Assembly: GCA_034408855.1 (NCBI GenBank)
Contig: JAWXCK010000253.1
Span: 12,730-76,729, forward strand
Reading direction: 5' to 3'
DNA from: Pirellulaceae bacterium
Lineage (GTDB): Bacteria; Planctomycetota; Planctomycetia; Pirellulales; Pirellulaceae
DNA length: 64,000 nt
Part shown: positions 51,966 to 61,003 of the stretch, piece by piece
Numbering within the stretch: the stretch's first letter is position 1
Layout: each line of letters starts with the position of its first letter
Translations under genes and position numbers: made by a program
The notes under the pieces: model-generated
What the model was told of the DNA's origin: nothing
What the model saw: only the letters and a program-made list of their open reading frames with translations
The model's database searches: none

Positions 51966-52142
51966 GAATCTTCCGAGACTAGAACCCTCGTTGAACTGCA
52001 TCCCAGTCGGAAAATTGGAACCCGTGTGATTCGCAGAGTCGAAAGGCTGCGGATCGCTGGGATATTCCTTCAGTTGCCGCGAGCTCGATTACCGTATCGT
52101 AGAAGCCGGAAAGTTGAGCGTAGAATTCGACTGGTTCTTGAG

Positions 52143-53153
52143 CTACTCAATCATCCCCTCGTCAGACTCAGAATTGTCATCACTACTGAATACCTCCAAC
52201 GCTTTTTTATGGACTTCGATCCATCTTTGATCGTTTCGAGAAAGCTTTGGAAGAGGTACTGAGATCACCTTGCCGTCCGATTTTTGAATCGAAACATCGT
52301 TGTTGCTCGACTTCAGGTAACTCGCGTCAACACTGAACTTTCCATCTGCTGAGTTCCACGACCTTGGGCGTAGGTTGGGGGCGGACAAATTCAAGTCGCC
52401 TGGAGGAATCAAAGGCAGCAACTGCTTCTTATAGTCATTGTCGTCGAACTTGTAGTAGTCCAAGACATACGCCGTTGAACTTGCTCCGATGGCGGTTTCA
52501 TACGTGTAGGTTCCAGAAGCGTGAAGCAATCCATATATTTGAATCTTCTTTCCGTCGGCTATTCCTTTCGTAGGGTAACCTCGAACGACAAAACGTCCGT
52601 ACTTGATATTGTCGTGAAGGTAGCCATGAAATTCATCGTCGCCGGTTATTTGCGACACTTTGATAAGTGTTTGTCGGTAAATCCAATCGGGGATGACATC
52701 GGGATGGATGTTGCGGTGGCTATCAACCCAGCCTATTCTCCGAGTCTTTTCCGATTCGATCACGTCTAATAGTTCGGTCCACAATGCCATCTTCTCAAGC
52801 TTAGTTTTTGCGCTCTTGAACGCGACGAAAACCCCCTTGTTCGACTTGAGCTTACGAAACTTCTTTTTCTTTTCTTCACTCAAACTACTTTCCGCGAGTA
52901 CGTCGAAGTCGCCATCGATCGTACTGTCGATAACAAAGTGGTTGTTCGCAAGAAGTAAAAGCTTTTGGTAATCAACCTTCCTTTTGCTTGCGGCATTTTG
53001 AATCTCCAAATTCACGGATTCAGCATCCAAATACCCCTGTTTGACGTACTTCTTAAGTACTGCGTCAGGAATTGGGTCTCCTGCCATCGAGGAAACGGAA
53101 ATTGCAGCCAACAAAATGCACGACCCCGAAAACCATGCGAAGGAATTATTCAT
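52143..53153 (-). CDS. secreted hypothetical protein with C-terminal SHD1-like domain
   Basis: Signal peptide MNNSFAWFSGSCILLAAISVSSMA. The C-terminus RSWNSADGKFSVDASYLKSSNNDVSIQKSDGKVISVPLPKLSRNDQRWI matches the SHD1 pattern. The gene is AT-rich. The ORF is open to 53213. Confidence 0.6.
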   Translation of the reverse strand: MNNSFAWFSGSCILLAAISVSSMAGDPIPDAVLKKYVKQGYLDAESVNLEIQNAASKRKVDYQKLLLLANNHFVIDSTIDGDFDVLAESSLSEEKKKKFRKLKSNKGVFVAFKSAKTKLEKMALWTELLDVIESEKTRRIGWVDSHRNIHPDVIPDWIYRQTLIKVSQITGDDEFHGYLHDNIKYGRFVVRGYPTKGIADGKKIQIYGLLHASGTYTYETAIGASSTAYVLDYYKFDDNDYKKQLLPLIPPGDLNLSAPNLRPRSWNSADGKFSVDASYLKSSNNDVSIQKSDGKVISVPLPKLSRNDQRWIEVHKKALEVFSSDDNSESDEGMIE

Positions 53154-53497
53154 CAAGACGCCCTTTATTTTGCCTGGGATGGAAAAAAATCTTGCAAAAA
53201 CAATCGCAACCACTATCGCACATCCACAATGGAATGCAATAATGACCGCAAGACATTAGAGCATCGCGAAGTTTAGCCAGGGAACTGGCTAAGCCGATGA
53301 ATGTGGATGCTCTAGGAAGCGGCAACATACTCACCAAATGATTGCGGCCCATTGCTCGGGAACGTCCTGCGACCCCCGGACAGTCTGCGTAGAGAGCGTT
53401 AAGCGCGTATAGGCGTTTCGACTGCTTCTCTTCTTTTGCGCCCTTTTTATGTCCCGACCGATCGCTTCTAAGCTTTCGTTTTCAAAAGGAGAATCCC

Positions 53498-53797
53498 ATG
53501 AGCAATTCATCGAATGCCCAGCCAAAATACATGCCAGAGGAGGAGGCCTATATGGCCGCTTTCCAACAATCGCCAACAAGGCAGACCATACGGAGGAAGC
53601 GAAACCTCGGTCTCAAGTCCATCTGGATGAGCGGGCAGTGGCTCACGACGGTTCAGAACGTCATCGAGTTCGAAGAGTCCTATGCTGCGAATAGATGCGG
53701 TCGGGCGAACACTCCGAAACAAGCAACTCGATCAACGAAGTCTCGCGAAAAGTCACAACAGCGCGACGACGCGTTTCTGTCAGAGAACGGCGTGTAG
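53498..53797 (+). CDS. hypothetical protein
   Basis: 99 aa ORF with an AAGGAG RBS about 7 nt upstream of the ATG. Basic C-terminus. Confidence 0.45.
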   Translation: MSNSSNAQPKYMPEEEAYMAAFQQSPTRQTIRRKRNLGLKSIWMSGQWLTTVQNVIEFEESYAANRCGRANTPKQATRSTKSREKSQQRDDAFLSENGV

Positions 53798-53904
53798 CTC
53801 TCAGTCTCAAAAACCAAGGTCTTTCACGGCATTGGACGCATTTGAACCCTGTTGAAGCTATTCGTATCAATGTCGTTCATTGGACTTACTTGAGGGAAAT
53901 TGAA

Positions 53905-54126
53905 ATGCAAAAACTTGAAAATCCCAAGGACATAGCGGAGCGACTCTACGGATGGAGGCCGTCGACTGGTACCGTCTGCCGATGGGCTATCGTTCCAGGC
54001 AAGAACGGCGAGGTAATGCGGCGGACAAAAGTAGGGAAGCGAGTCCTAGTCACTGAGCATGATTTTCGGGCTTACCACGAAGATGCCTACGCGACGCCAC
54101 CGAAAATCGAAATGCTGAAAGCCTAA
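53905..54126 (+). CDS. excisionase/MerR-like helix-turn-helix DNA-binding protein
   Basis: 73 aa. MQKLENPKDIAERLYGWRPSTGTVCRWAI...VLVTEHDFRAY resembles Xis/AlpA-type HTH proteins. GAGGGA RBS upstream. The longer ORF from 53695 is unlikely. Confidence 0.55.
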   Translation: MQKLENPKDIAERLYGWRPSTGTVCRWAIVPGKNGEVMRRTKVGKRVLVTEHDFRAYHEDAYATPPKIEMLKA

Positions 54127-54198
54127 CCATAAATGCATCAAGCCCGTAACGAGCGGGCTTGATGCGAGACTCTGACGGAAACAAGGAGGTCAGACAAA

Positions 54199-55143
54199 AT
54201 GGATCATACGAAATCGACGGATCGCGAGCAAGCAAAAGCGAACGGTCAAAAAGATGATGCGGCAAATAAAAGAGGCAAAGTCCGAGGCGAGCAACTCTCG
54301 TTATTGCGACTCTTGCGATTACCAGACGTTCTAAAGACCAAGCATGGGCAATCTGTATCTCCAGGGATCGTCAAAGCTGTCTTGCGTGCGATCGATGATT
54401 ACGACGGTGTCAAGGGATGTTGGGCGAGCGTCGAGACGTTATCAGACGACACCTGTTTTTCTGAATCTGTAGTTGGTCGCGCGATTGAAGTCCTGAAGTC
54501 ACTCGACTTGATAATCTCCACACCACGCTACCGAGACACCAACATTCACTCAATTAATTGGGGAGTTGTTTCCAGTAGTCGTTTTGCCCCACGGGCAAAA
54601 TCACTACCTGTTAACGAGAAAAGTCATTCTGCCCCTGGGGTAAGTGGTTTTGCCCCTGGGGTAAGTGGTTCTGCCCCTGGGGTAAAGTCGAGTTGCCCCA
54701 CGGGCAAAGGAAACGCAATTGAAACGCAATTGAAACGCAAAAGAAACGCAAAGCATGAGATAGATGAATCTCTTTTGTCTCTCATTCGATGGTGGAATTC
54801 CCTCAAGGAGCGAAAGCTAGTACTGGCAGGCGTAGAAACAGAACCATCCAAAGGAGTACTAGCCGGATGGAAGCGATTCAAGAAGTCTCCAGAGTTGCGC
54901 ACACTCTTAGCCGACCGTACCAAGATCGAAACGGCGCTCCAGCAATCCTACCTGCCGCAGAAGGGAGCTTGGTTCACATTGCCAAAGCTCTTGGGGGGTA
55001 CGGTTCCGGATGGCGAATACGCAGTTCGGAAACTGCTGGACGGCAGCTATGCAGATATCGCAGGCTCAAAGCCAAAGACGGCCAACGACGGACCCGGTGT
55101 TAACTACGACCCGAACAGGAGTATTTCCGATGACAAATTCTAA
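54199..55143 (+). CDS. replication-initiator-like winged-helix protein
   Basis: 314 aa with an AAGGAGG RBS. N-terminal wHTH-like segment VKAVLRAIDDYDGVKGCWASVETLSDDTCFSESVVGRAIEVLKSLDLI. The repeat-encoded linker is SAPGVSGFAPGVSGSAPGV. Confidence 0.5.
   Translation: MDHTKSTDREQAKANGQKDDAANKRGKVRGEQLSLLRLLRLPDVLKTKHGQSVSPGIVKAVLRAIDDYDGVKGCWASVETLSDDTCFSESVVGRAIEVLKSLDLIISTPRYRDTNIHSINWGVVSSSRFAPRAKSLPVNEKSHSAPGVSGFAPGVSGSAPGVKSSCPTGKGNAIETQLKRKRNAKHEIDESLLSLIRWWNSLKERKLVLAGVETEPSKGVLAGWKRFKKSPELRTLLADRTKIETALQQSYLPQKGAWFTLPKLLGGTVPDGEYAVRKLLDGSYADIAGSKPKTANDGPGVNYDPNRSISDDKF
54584..54753. promoter_or_regulatory. iteron-like repeat cluster inside the Rep-like gene (candidate origin or protein-binding array)
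   Basis: Two copies of the palindrome ttgccccacgggcaa (54584-54598 and 54693-54707) flank three 21-bp tandem repeats of (t/c)tgcccctggggtaagtggt. Four 11-bp tandem repeats of gaaacgcaa(tt/aa/ag) follow at 54710-54753. Confidence 0.55.
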
Positions 55144-55188
55144 CGAAGCTGATTATGTGAGGTGCTTTTCGTATGGCGTTGGCGGAGT

Positions 55189-55893
55189 CTACCAGTGCGA
55201 CCGGTTGAGTTCAGTAACGACGTGCTCGCAGATCGGGAATGTCGGACAGTGGTCGACGTCGGCGGGTCCAAGTCGCTTTCCAGCAATCGCGTTTTCGATT
55301 CCACGCTGATGAGAGAAATCGACTAACTCCCACATCAAAACAGTAGGGGCCTGTACGGTCTTGACCCATGTTTTTAGGAGCTCGATAAAATTATGACGCT
55401 CGATCGAAGCCCCGTTGCTAGCCAAAATAGAGAGTTCGGTAATCAATGCACGAACCATCAGCTCACGATGATTCGGGGATTGCGAGCCGACGTTCTCATA
55501 GCTTAAAAATCTGTCTAGCAAATGGGCAGCAAGTCCCATCAAACCCTCAAAATCAAGATTCTTCGGACAAGGCACAATCACTTTCCCATGGTGACCCATT
55601 CTCGCGACAGCCGATGAGCACGGGCCCACGAGTATGAGCGTAAGCTCATCTGCCTTTGATTGCCCTTCCAACTCTGCTGCCCATTGTTTCGCGTCGGGTT
55701 GGTTTATCTGATTAAATGATGATTTGACCTGACATGCCCTTGTCACGGTCATCCCGTACCATGCGATGTCGATTTTGTCAGACGCATGAGTGGGCTCCAG
55801 CGTAAGCCGGTCCCAATCCAAGCGACGCAGTGATTCGAGCAACGCGATTACGGTTTGAATGAGATAGCCACGGTTTCCGTCTTGCCCACTCAT
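55189..55893 (-). CDS. PD-(D/E)xK nuclease-like protein (Cap4/DUF4297-like N-terminal domain)
   Basis: 234 aa. GYLIQTVIALLESL ... LTLEP ... DKIDIAW ... CQVKSS fits the G(F/Y)xYQ ... E ... D ... QVK pattern of DUF4297-type dsDNA nucleases. Confidence 0.5.
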   Translation of the reverse strand: MSGQDGNRGYLIQTVIALLESLRRLDWDRLTLEPTHASDKIDIAWYGMTVTRACQVKSSFNQINQPDAKQWAAELEGQSKADELTLILVGPCSSAVARMGHHGKVIVPCPKNLDFEGLMGLAAHLLDRFLSYENVGSQSPNHRELMVRALITELSILASNGASIERHNFIELLKTWVKTVQAPTVLMWELVDFSHQRGIENAIAGKRLGPADVDHCPTFPICEHVVTELNRSHW

Positions 55894-56083
55894 AGAGCCT
55901 TCTCTCCTGAATGCTAGTGCAATTGTCTACATTTGCCGAAAGTGAAACTGTGTCATACGGAGCAAGGGAATTCCTCAGCTGCGAGGCCGGCGCAAGGTAG
56001 TATCGCGTTTGCGGCAACGTTGACTTTCCCGATCGTTGCTTCGTTCAAATTGTAAATTCTAACGCAAAAGAGGAACGCCCGCC

Positions 56084-56434
56084 TTAGGCTATAATCGTTC
56101 TGCGCGCATCGGTCAGTCTCGAACATGATCGACCGAACGCGTTTGGCATCGCGGCGATAGAGACGACCCCCATTCCTTTTTGGACCATGATTTCCAGATT
56201 ATCATCCACAAAGCGCTCCGGATCGACCACCAATCGACTTACCGGATAAGCAACGGTGCGAGCGAGTGTTTCTGGGATCTCGAAGAGCTCATCGGTGTAG
56301 GCGTCCGTCATGAGTCGAAGTTCGTCAGCTAAATCTTGATCATTCAAGACGAATTGTTCACTAACCTCTTCCGGAACCACTTTTGACGCATGCGGAATGT
56401 GAATAATCGTAAACGGGGAATGCAAGCCGGACAT
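56084..56434 (-). pseudogene. N-formylglutamate amidohydrolase family gene, 3'-truncated
   Basis: The 116 aa HIPHASKVVPEE...TDAYTDELF...VSRLVVDPERFVDDNLEIMVQKGMGVV match only the N-terminal part of this family. The tail is unrelated and the ORF stops early. Confidence 0.55.
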
Positions 56435-56791
56435 TTTTTAATCTCTTTGGTATTCTTCGTAACTTCTTGGAATTACCGTTAGCGTACGCGAAGACAGTCC
56501 GAGCTGACGTCCAGTTCGCCAGGATTTCCGTTGGTTAGACCGACCCCTCATGTCGCGTGCTCTGAGCTTTGCTAAACTACGGAGGCATTTTGCGGGAATA
56601 TCATGCTTTCTGACGCGCGACGGCTGGACGGAATTCGTTTTGACTTTCCTATGTAGAAACGATCGATGACATAAGCGGCCGGGGCAGCAAGATTTAATTT
56701 GTTCAGTATCGGGCTCGAAGTCGACCATCGGCTTGCGGCTGATGTCCTGCGGTGTGAAGTACCCTTATTTTCCGTTACGCACGTCTAGCTT

Positions 56792-59269
56792 ATGGCCATC
56801 AAGAAATCCGATCTATACTCGTCCCTCTGGGCCTCGTGCGATGAACTTCGCGGCGGGATGGATGCCAGCCAGTACAAGGACTACGTCCTGTTCATGCTGT
56901 TCATCAAATACATCTCCGACAAGTACGCAGACTACGACGGATTCGAGCCGCCGGTCGTCATCCCGCCAGGAGCAAGCTTCATGGATATGATCGCCCTCAA
57001 GGGAAAGGATGGCATCGGCGACAAAATCAACACGCAAGTCATTCAAAAACTTGTCGATGCGAATGATCGCCTCTCCCGTCACGACTTCCCTGACTTCAAC
57101 GATCCGAACAAGCTCGGCGAGGGGCAGGCGATGGTGGAGCGCCTGACCAACCTCATTGGCATCTTCCAAAAGCCGGAACTGGATTTCTCCCAGAACCGCG
57201 CCGAACACGACGACATTCTCGGCGACGCCTACGAGTATCTGATGCGGCACTTCGCCACCGAGAGCGGCAAGAGCAAGGGGCAATTCTATACCCCGTCCGA
57301 GGTCAGCCGCGTCATGGCCAAGGTCATCGGCATTTCTCCAAAGAATACCGTTGCCTCGACGACCGCCCACGACCCCTTCTGTGGCTCCGGCTCTCTGCTG
57401 CTGAAGGTCGCTGCCGAGGCCGGAAAACACATCACGCTCGAAGGGCAGGAGAAGGACGTGACCACCGCAGGTCTCGCCCGCATGAACATGATCCTGCACG
57501 ACTTCCCCACGGCGAATATCATCTCCGGCAACACTCTAGCCGCCCCCAAGTTCAAGGACGGTGAACAGCTTCGCACTTACGACTACGTCGTCGCCAATCA
57601 ACCATTTTCCGACAAGACCTGGAGCACCGGCCTCATCCCGGAGAACGATCTCTACCAGCGTTTTCAGTGGGGGGTGCCGCCGAAGAAGCAAGGCGACTAC
57701 GCCTATCTCCTGCACATCATCCGCTCGATGAAGAGCACGGGCAAGGCCGCCTGCATTCTCCCGCATGGCGTGCTTTTTCGCGGCGGTGCTGAAGGCGTCA
57801 TCCGCCAGCAGCTTATCCGCTCCGGTTATCTCAAGGCCATCATCGGCCTGCCTGCCAATCTTTTTTACGGCACGGGCATCCCCGCCTGCATCCTAGTGCT
57901 CGACAAGGAAAACGCCAAAGCCCGCAAAGGCATCTTCATGATCGACGCCTCCAAGAGCTTTATCAAGGATGGCAACAAGAATCGTCTCCGCGAGCAGGAC
58001 ATTCACCGCATCGTGGACACCTTCAAAAAACTGTCCGAAGTCCCACGCTACGCGCGCATGGTGCCAGTCGAGGAAATCGCCGACCTGAAGAACGACTTCA
58101 ACCTCAACCTTCCGCGCTACATCGACAGCAGCGAGCCCGAGGATCTCCAAGACATCAACGGTCACCTGCGCGGCGGCATCCCGAAGCGTGACATCGACGG
58201 ACTGGAGCGCTACTGGCAAGTCATTCCAGCGGTGCGGGAGGAGTTGTTCAAGAAGTCCAAGCATGCGGGCTATTTCGATCTAACCACCTCCGATGTCAAG
58301 TTGGCGATCTTCGGTCATTCTGAGTTTACGGCGTTCAAGAGCGGCGTCGACAAGCTGTTTACAAAGTGGAAAAAAACCAACTCACCGCTATTAAAGAGCT
58401 TTGGCAAGGATGATCACCCCAAGGCACTCATCGAGACGCTGTCCGAAGATTTATTAGCCACCTTTGCCAAAGCGCCGCTTCTAGATTACTACGACATCTA
58501 CCAGCACCTCATGGACTACTGGGCGATGACCATGCAGGACGACTGCTACCTTATCGCCGCCTTCGGGTGGCAGGCTGGCGTACTGCCACGCGAAATCATC
58601 CAGGTGAAGAACAAAGAGAACAAACTCGTCTGGCCCGAGCCGCACGACTTCAAGCGCGGCAAGCGCCGATTTAAGTCCGACCTCATCCCCGCCACACTCG
58701 TAATCGACCGCTACTTCGCCGCCGAGTGCGATGCCGTCGCCGCCATCGAGGGCGAACTGGCCGCCATCGAGCAGCAGCTTGATGAAAAGCGCGAGGAGCA
58801 AAACGATGAGGGTGAATTGCTGCTCGCTGAAGTCATCGAAGGCGAAGGCGACAAGCAGAAGATCACCGCCAAGGCCGTGAAGGCCCGAATCAAGGACATC
58901 GGCAAAGACCCCGATTATGCCGAGGAACGCGAGGCGTTGCAGGGATACGCCGCTCTGCTCGACCAGCAAACGGACGCCAAGACCCGGCTTAAGACCGCGC
59001 AGGACGACCTGGAGGCCAAGCTCGACGCCCAATACCCCAAGCTCAGCGAGGACGAGATCCAGACCCTTGTGGTGGACGACAAATGGCTGGCCACCGTCGC
59101 CGTCGCCGTGCAGGGCGAACTCGACCGCGTCTCGCAGACCCTCACCGGCCGCATCCGCGAGTTCGCTCTGCGCTACGCCACCCCGCTGCCACAGCTCACC
59201 GACGAAGTCGCCACGCTCGCCAGCCGCGTTGACGAACACCTCAAAAGGATGGGAGCGGTATGGAAGTGA
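56792..59269 (+). CDS. hsdM: type I restriction-modification system methyltransferase subunit HsdM (long form)
   Basis: 825 aa. HsdM N-domain (SSLWASCDELRGGMDASQYKDYVLFMLFIKYISDK), AdoMet motif DPFCGSGSLLL and catalytic motif VANQPFS. A long acidic coiled-coil C-terminal extension is present. Confidence 0.9.
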   Translation: MAIKKSDLYSSLWASCDELRGGMDASQYKDYVLFMLFIKYISDKYADYDGFEPPVVIPPGASFMDMIALKGKDGIGDKINTQVIQKLVDANDRLSRHDFPDFNDPNKLGEGQAMVERLTNLIGIFQKPELDFSQNRAEHDDILGDAYEYLMRHFATESGKSKGQFYTPSEVSRVMAKVIGISPKNTVASTTAHDPFCGSGSLLLKVAAEAGKHITLEGQEKDVTTAGLARMNMILHDFPTANIISGNTLAAPKFKDGEQLRTYDYVVANQPFSDKTWSTGLIPENDLYQRFQWGVPPKKQGDYAYLLHIIRSMKSTGKAACILPHGVLFRGGAEGVIRQQLIRSGYLKAIIGLPANLFYGTGIPACILVLDKENAKARKGIFMIDASKSFIKDGNKNRLREQDIHRIVDTFKKLSEVPRYARMVPVEEIADLKNDFNLNLPRYIDSSEPEDLQDINGHLRGGIPKRDIDGLERYWQVIPAVREELFKKSKHAGYFDLTTSDVKLAIFGHSEFTAFKSGVDKLFTKWKKTNSPLLKSFGKDDHPKALIETLSEDLLATFAKAPLLDYYDIYQHLMDYWAMTMQDDCYLIAAFGWQAGVLPREIIQVKNKENKLVWPEPHDFKRGKRRFKSDLIPATLVIDRYFAAECDAVAAIEGELAAIEQQLDEKREEQNDEGELLLAEVIEGEGDKQKITAKAVKARIKDIGKDPDYAEEREALQGYAALLDQQTDAKTRLKTAQDDLEAKLDAQYPKLSEDEIQTLVVDDKWLATVAVAVQGELDRVSQTLTGRIREFALRYATPLPQLTDEVATLASRVDEHLKRMGAVWK

Positions 59270-60527
59270 AGCCCGGCTACAAGCAGACGGAGGTGGGCGT
59301 CATCCCGGAGGAGTGGGAGGTTTGCCGCCTGTCGAGCCTCGTCGTGTCTGGTCCAAAGAACGGTTACTCAGGGCGGAGTGGAAAAGATGCCCGAGGAACT
59401 CCGACGCTAGCTCTCACCGCAACAACATCGGGGCGAATGATTCTCGATGAGGAAACACTGAAGCATCTCGAAGAAACGCTCGAACAAAACTCGGACGTTT
59501 TTCTCAAGGCGGGTGATGTGCTCGTTCAACGGTCAAACACGCCCGACCTTGTTGGCACGACGGCGATTTTTGATGGCCCCAGCGGCGTGTTTGCGTACCC
59601 CGACTTAATGATGCGATTGCGCTTCAAGGCACAGGAGACCGCTCGCTGGTTTTGGCGCTATGCGAACAGTTCAAGCGGCAGGCGTTATTTCGTCAGCGTG
59701 GCCGCCGGTTCGACCGGAACTATGCCCAAGATAAGCGGAGACAAGCTCCGCAACATGCCGCTTCCGCTGCCAAAGCCTCCCGAACAACGCGCGATCGCGA
59801 CGGCGTTGAGCGATGTGGATGCGCTGCTGGGCGCACTGGACCGGCTCATCGCCAAGAAGCGCGACCTCAAACGGCCGCCATGCAGCAACTCCTCACCGGC
59901 CAAACCCGCCTCCCCGGCTTCCACGGCGCGTGGGAGGTGACAACACTGGGTGAAGTCGCGACGTTTCTTTCTGGGGGAACGCCTTCACGCAGTAATGATG
60001 AATATTGGAATGGAGAAATTCCCTGGATCAGCGCAATGAGCCTCCGGTGCTTTGACGTATGGCGCTCTGATAGTAACGTCACCGAAGAAGCTGTTGCTTC
60101 GGGTAGCAAAATTGCTCCGATAGATTCCACCCTGCTGCTTGTTCGTGGGAGCGCTTTACACAAAGAGATTCTCTGTGGATTGGTAACGAAACGAGTCTGT
60201 TTCAATCAGGATGTAAAAGCGATGATCCCTTACTCGAACGTGTTCCCTCGATTCTTGACTTGGTTAATACGGGGAAGGGCTGACGATTTTCTTAAATTGG
60301 TTTCTTCAGCCGGGAACACTGCGGGAGTTCTCGATACGAAGCTGTTGAAAGCATTCCAGTTTCTCCTGCCTGAACGGCTCGAACAAATCGCCATCGCCGC
60401 CGTGCTGACGGAGATGGACGCGGAGCTGGCGGTGCTGGAGCACCGGCAGGCCAAGACCCGCGCCCTCAAGCAAGGCATGATGCAGGAACTGTTAACCGGG
60501 AAAACCAGGCTGCCTGTTCAATTATGA
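59260..60527 (+). pseudogene. hsdS: type I R-M specificity subunit HsdS, interrupted by a -1 frameshift in the central conserved region
   Basis: TRD1 plus central region lie in frame 1 (ORF 59260-59940). ...AAMQQLLTGQTRLPGF, TRD2 and the C-terminal conserved region lie in another frame (ORF 59652-60527). The junction ctcaaac-ggccgccatgcag lacks one base relative to the expected LKQAAMQ. The start overlaps the hsdM stop. Confidence 0.8.
60405..60527 (+). repeat. hsdS 3' conserved-region segment, copy 1 (functional end of hsdS)
   Basis: Encodes LTEMDAELAVLEHRQAKTRALKQGMMQELLTGKTRLPVQL*. Confidence 0.85.
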
Positions 60528-61003
60528 AATCAAAACCCCCAGAAAGCGGACTTCTAGAGGCCAAAGGAAAAAACGGCCAAAGGATATTCTACCAGTATTC
60601 CTGTGATCAACAGATTGAAGATTATGATGAAAAGACAATGTGGTGTTTCCAAATAGCCAATGATGATGGAGTCTTTGATTTCCATCTGGTTGACGAAGAC
60701 AGCCTCATGCGTGTCGAAATGATGACACGCAACGACTGCGAACTTTTCAAGGCTCGAGGCATTGCCGAGGCCTTCATTAGGCTAAGCAGCCAAATCTTTA
60801 AGATTGACATCTGTTCTTCTTCCCGAGCAAGACCTCAACCTAGTACCTCGCGAATTGAATCTGTGGCTGAACAGCATTCCGACGGCGCTAGAAAAGTCTG
60901 GCAAGGGCTCGTCGACAGCAAAGAGTCCCACTACGACAATTGTACGCAACGTTTCGTCTATCCATATAAAAATCGCGAAGAAGTTGACGGAGATGGACGC
61001 TGA
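60524..61003 (+). CDS. hypothetical protein (ORF A), possibly GNAT-like
   Basis: 159 aa. The ATG overlaps the hsdS stop (ATGA). The segment FKARGIAEAFIRL...ARKVWQGLV is vaguely GNAT motif-A-like. The 3' end runs 20 nt into hsdS-end copy 2. Confidence 0.45.
   Translation: MKSKPPESGLLEAKGKNGQRIFYQYSCDQQIEDYDEKTMWCFQIANDDGVFDFHLVDEDSLMRVEMMTRNDCELFKARGIAEAFIRLSSQIFKIDICSSSRARPQPSTSRIESVAEQHSDGARKVWQGLVDSKESHYDNCTQRFVYPYKNREEVDGDGR

Noticed and set aside
54626-54690. 21-bp tandem repeats considered as a CRISPR-like array
   Set aside because: There are only three contiguous units with no spacers, and they lie inside an ORF. They fit iterons or a peptide repeat, not CRISPR.
56084-56200. Attempt to rescue a full-length N-formylglutamate amidohydrolase by a frameshift after GMGVV
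   Set aside because: The alternative frames downstream (for example YRRDAKRVRSIMFETDRC...) do not resemble the family, so the gene is truncated rather than simply frameshifted.
56813-59239. Long antisense ORFs inside hsdM (56813-57499, 57893-58264, 58481-59239 and others)
   Set aside because: hsdM on the plus strand has unambiguous methyltransferase motifs. The GC-rich sequence yields stop-free antisense frames whose translations are low-complexity (G/A/V/L/D-rich).
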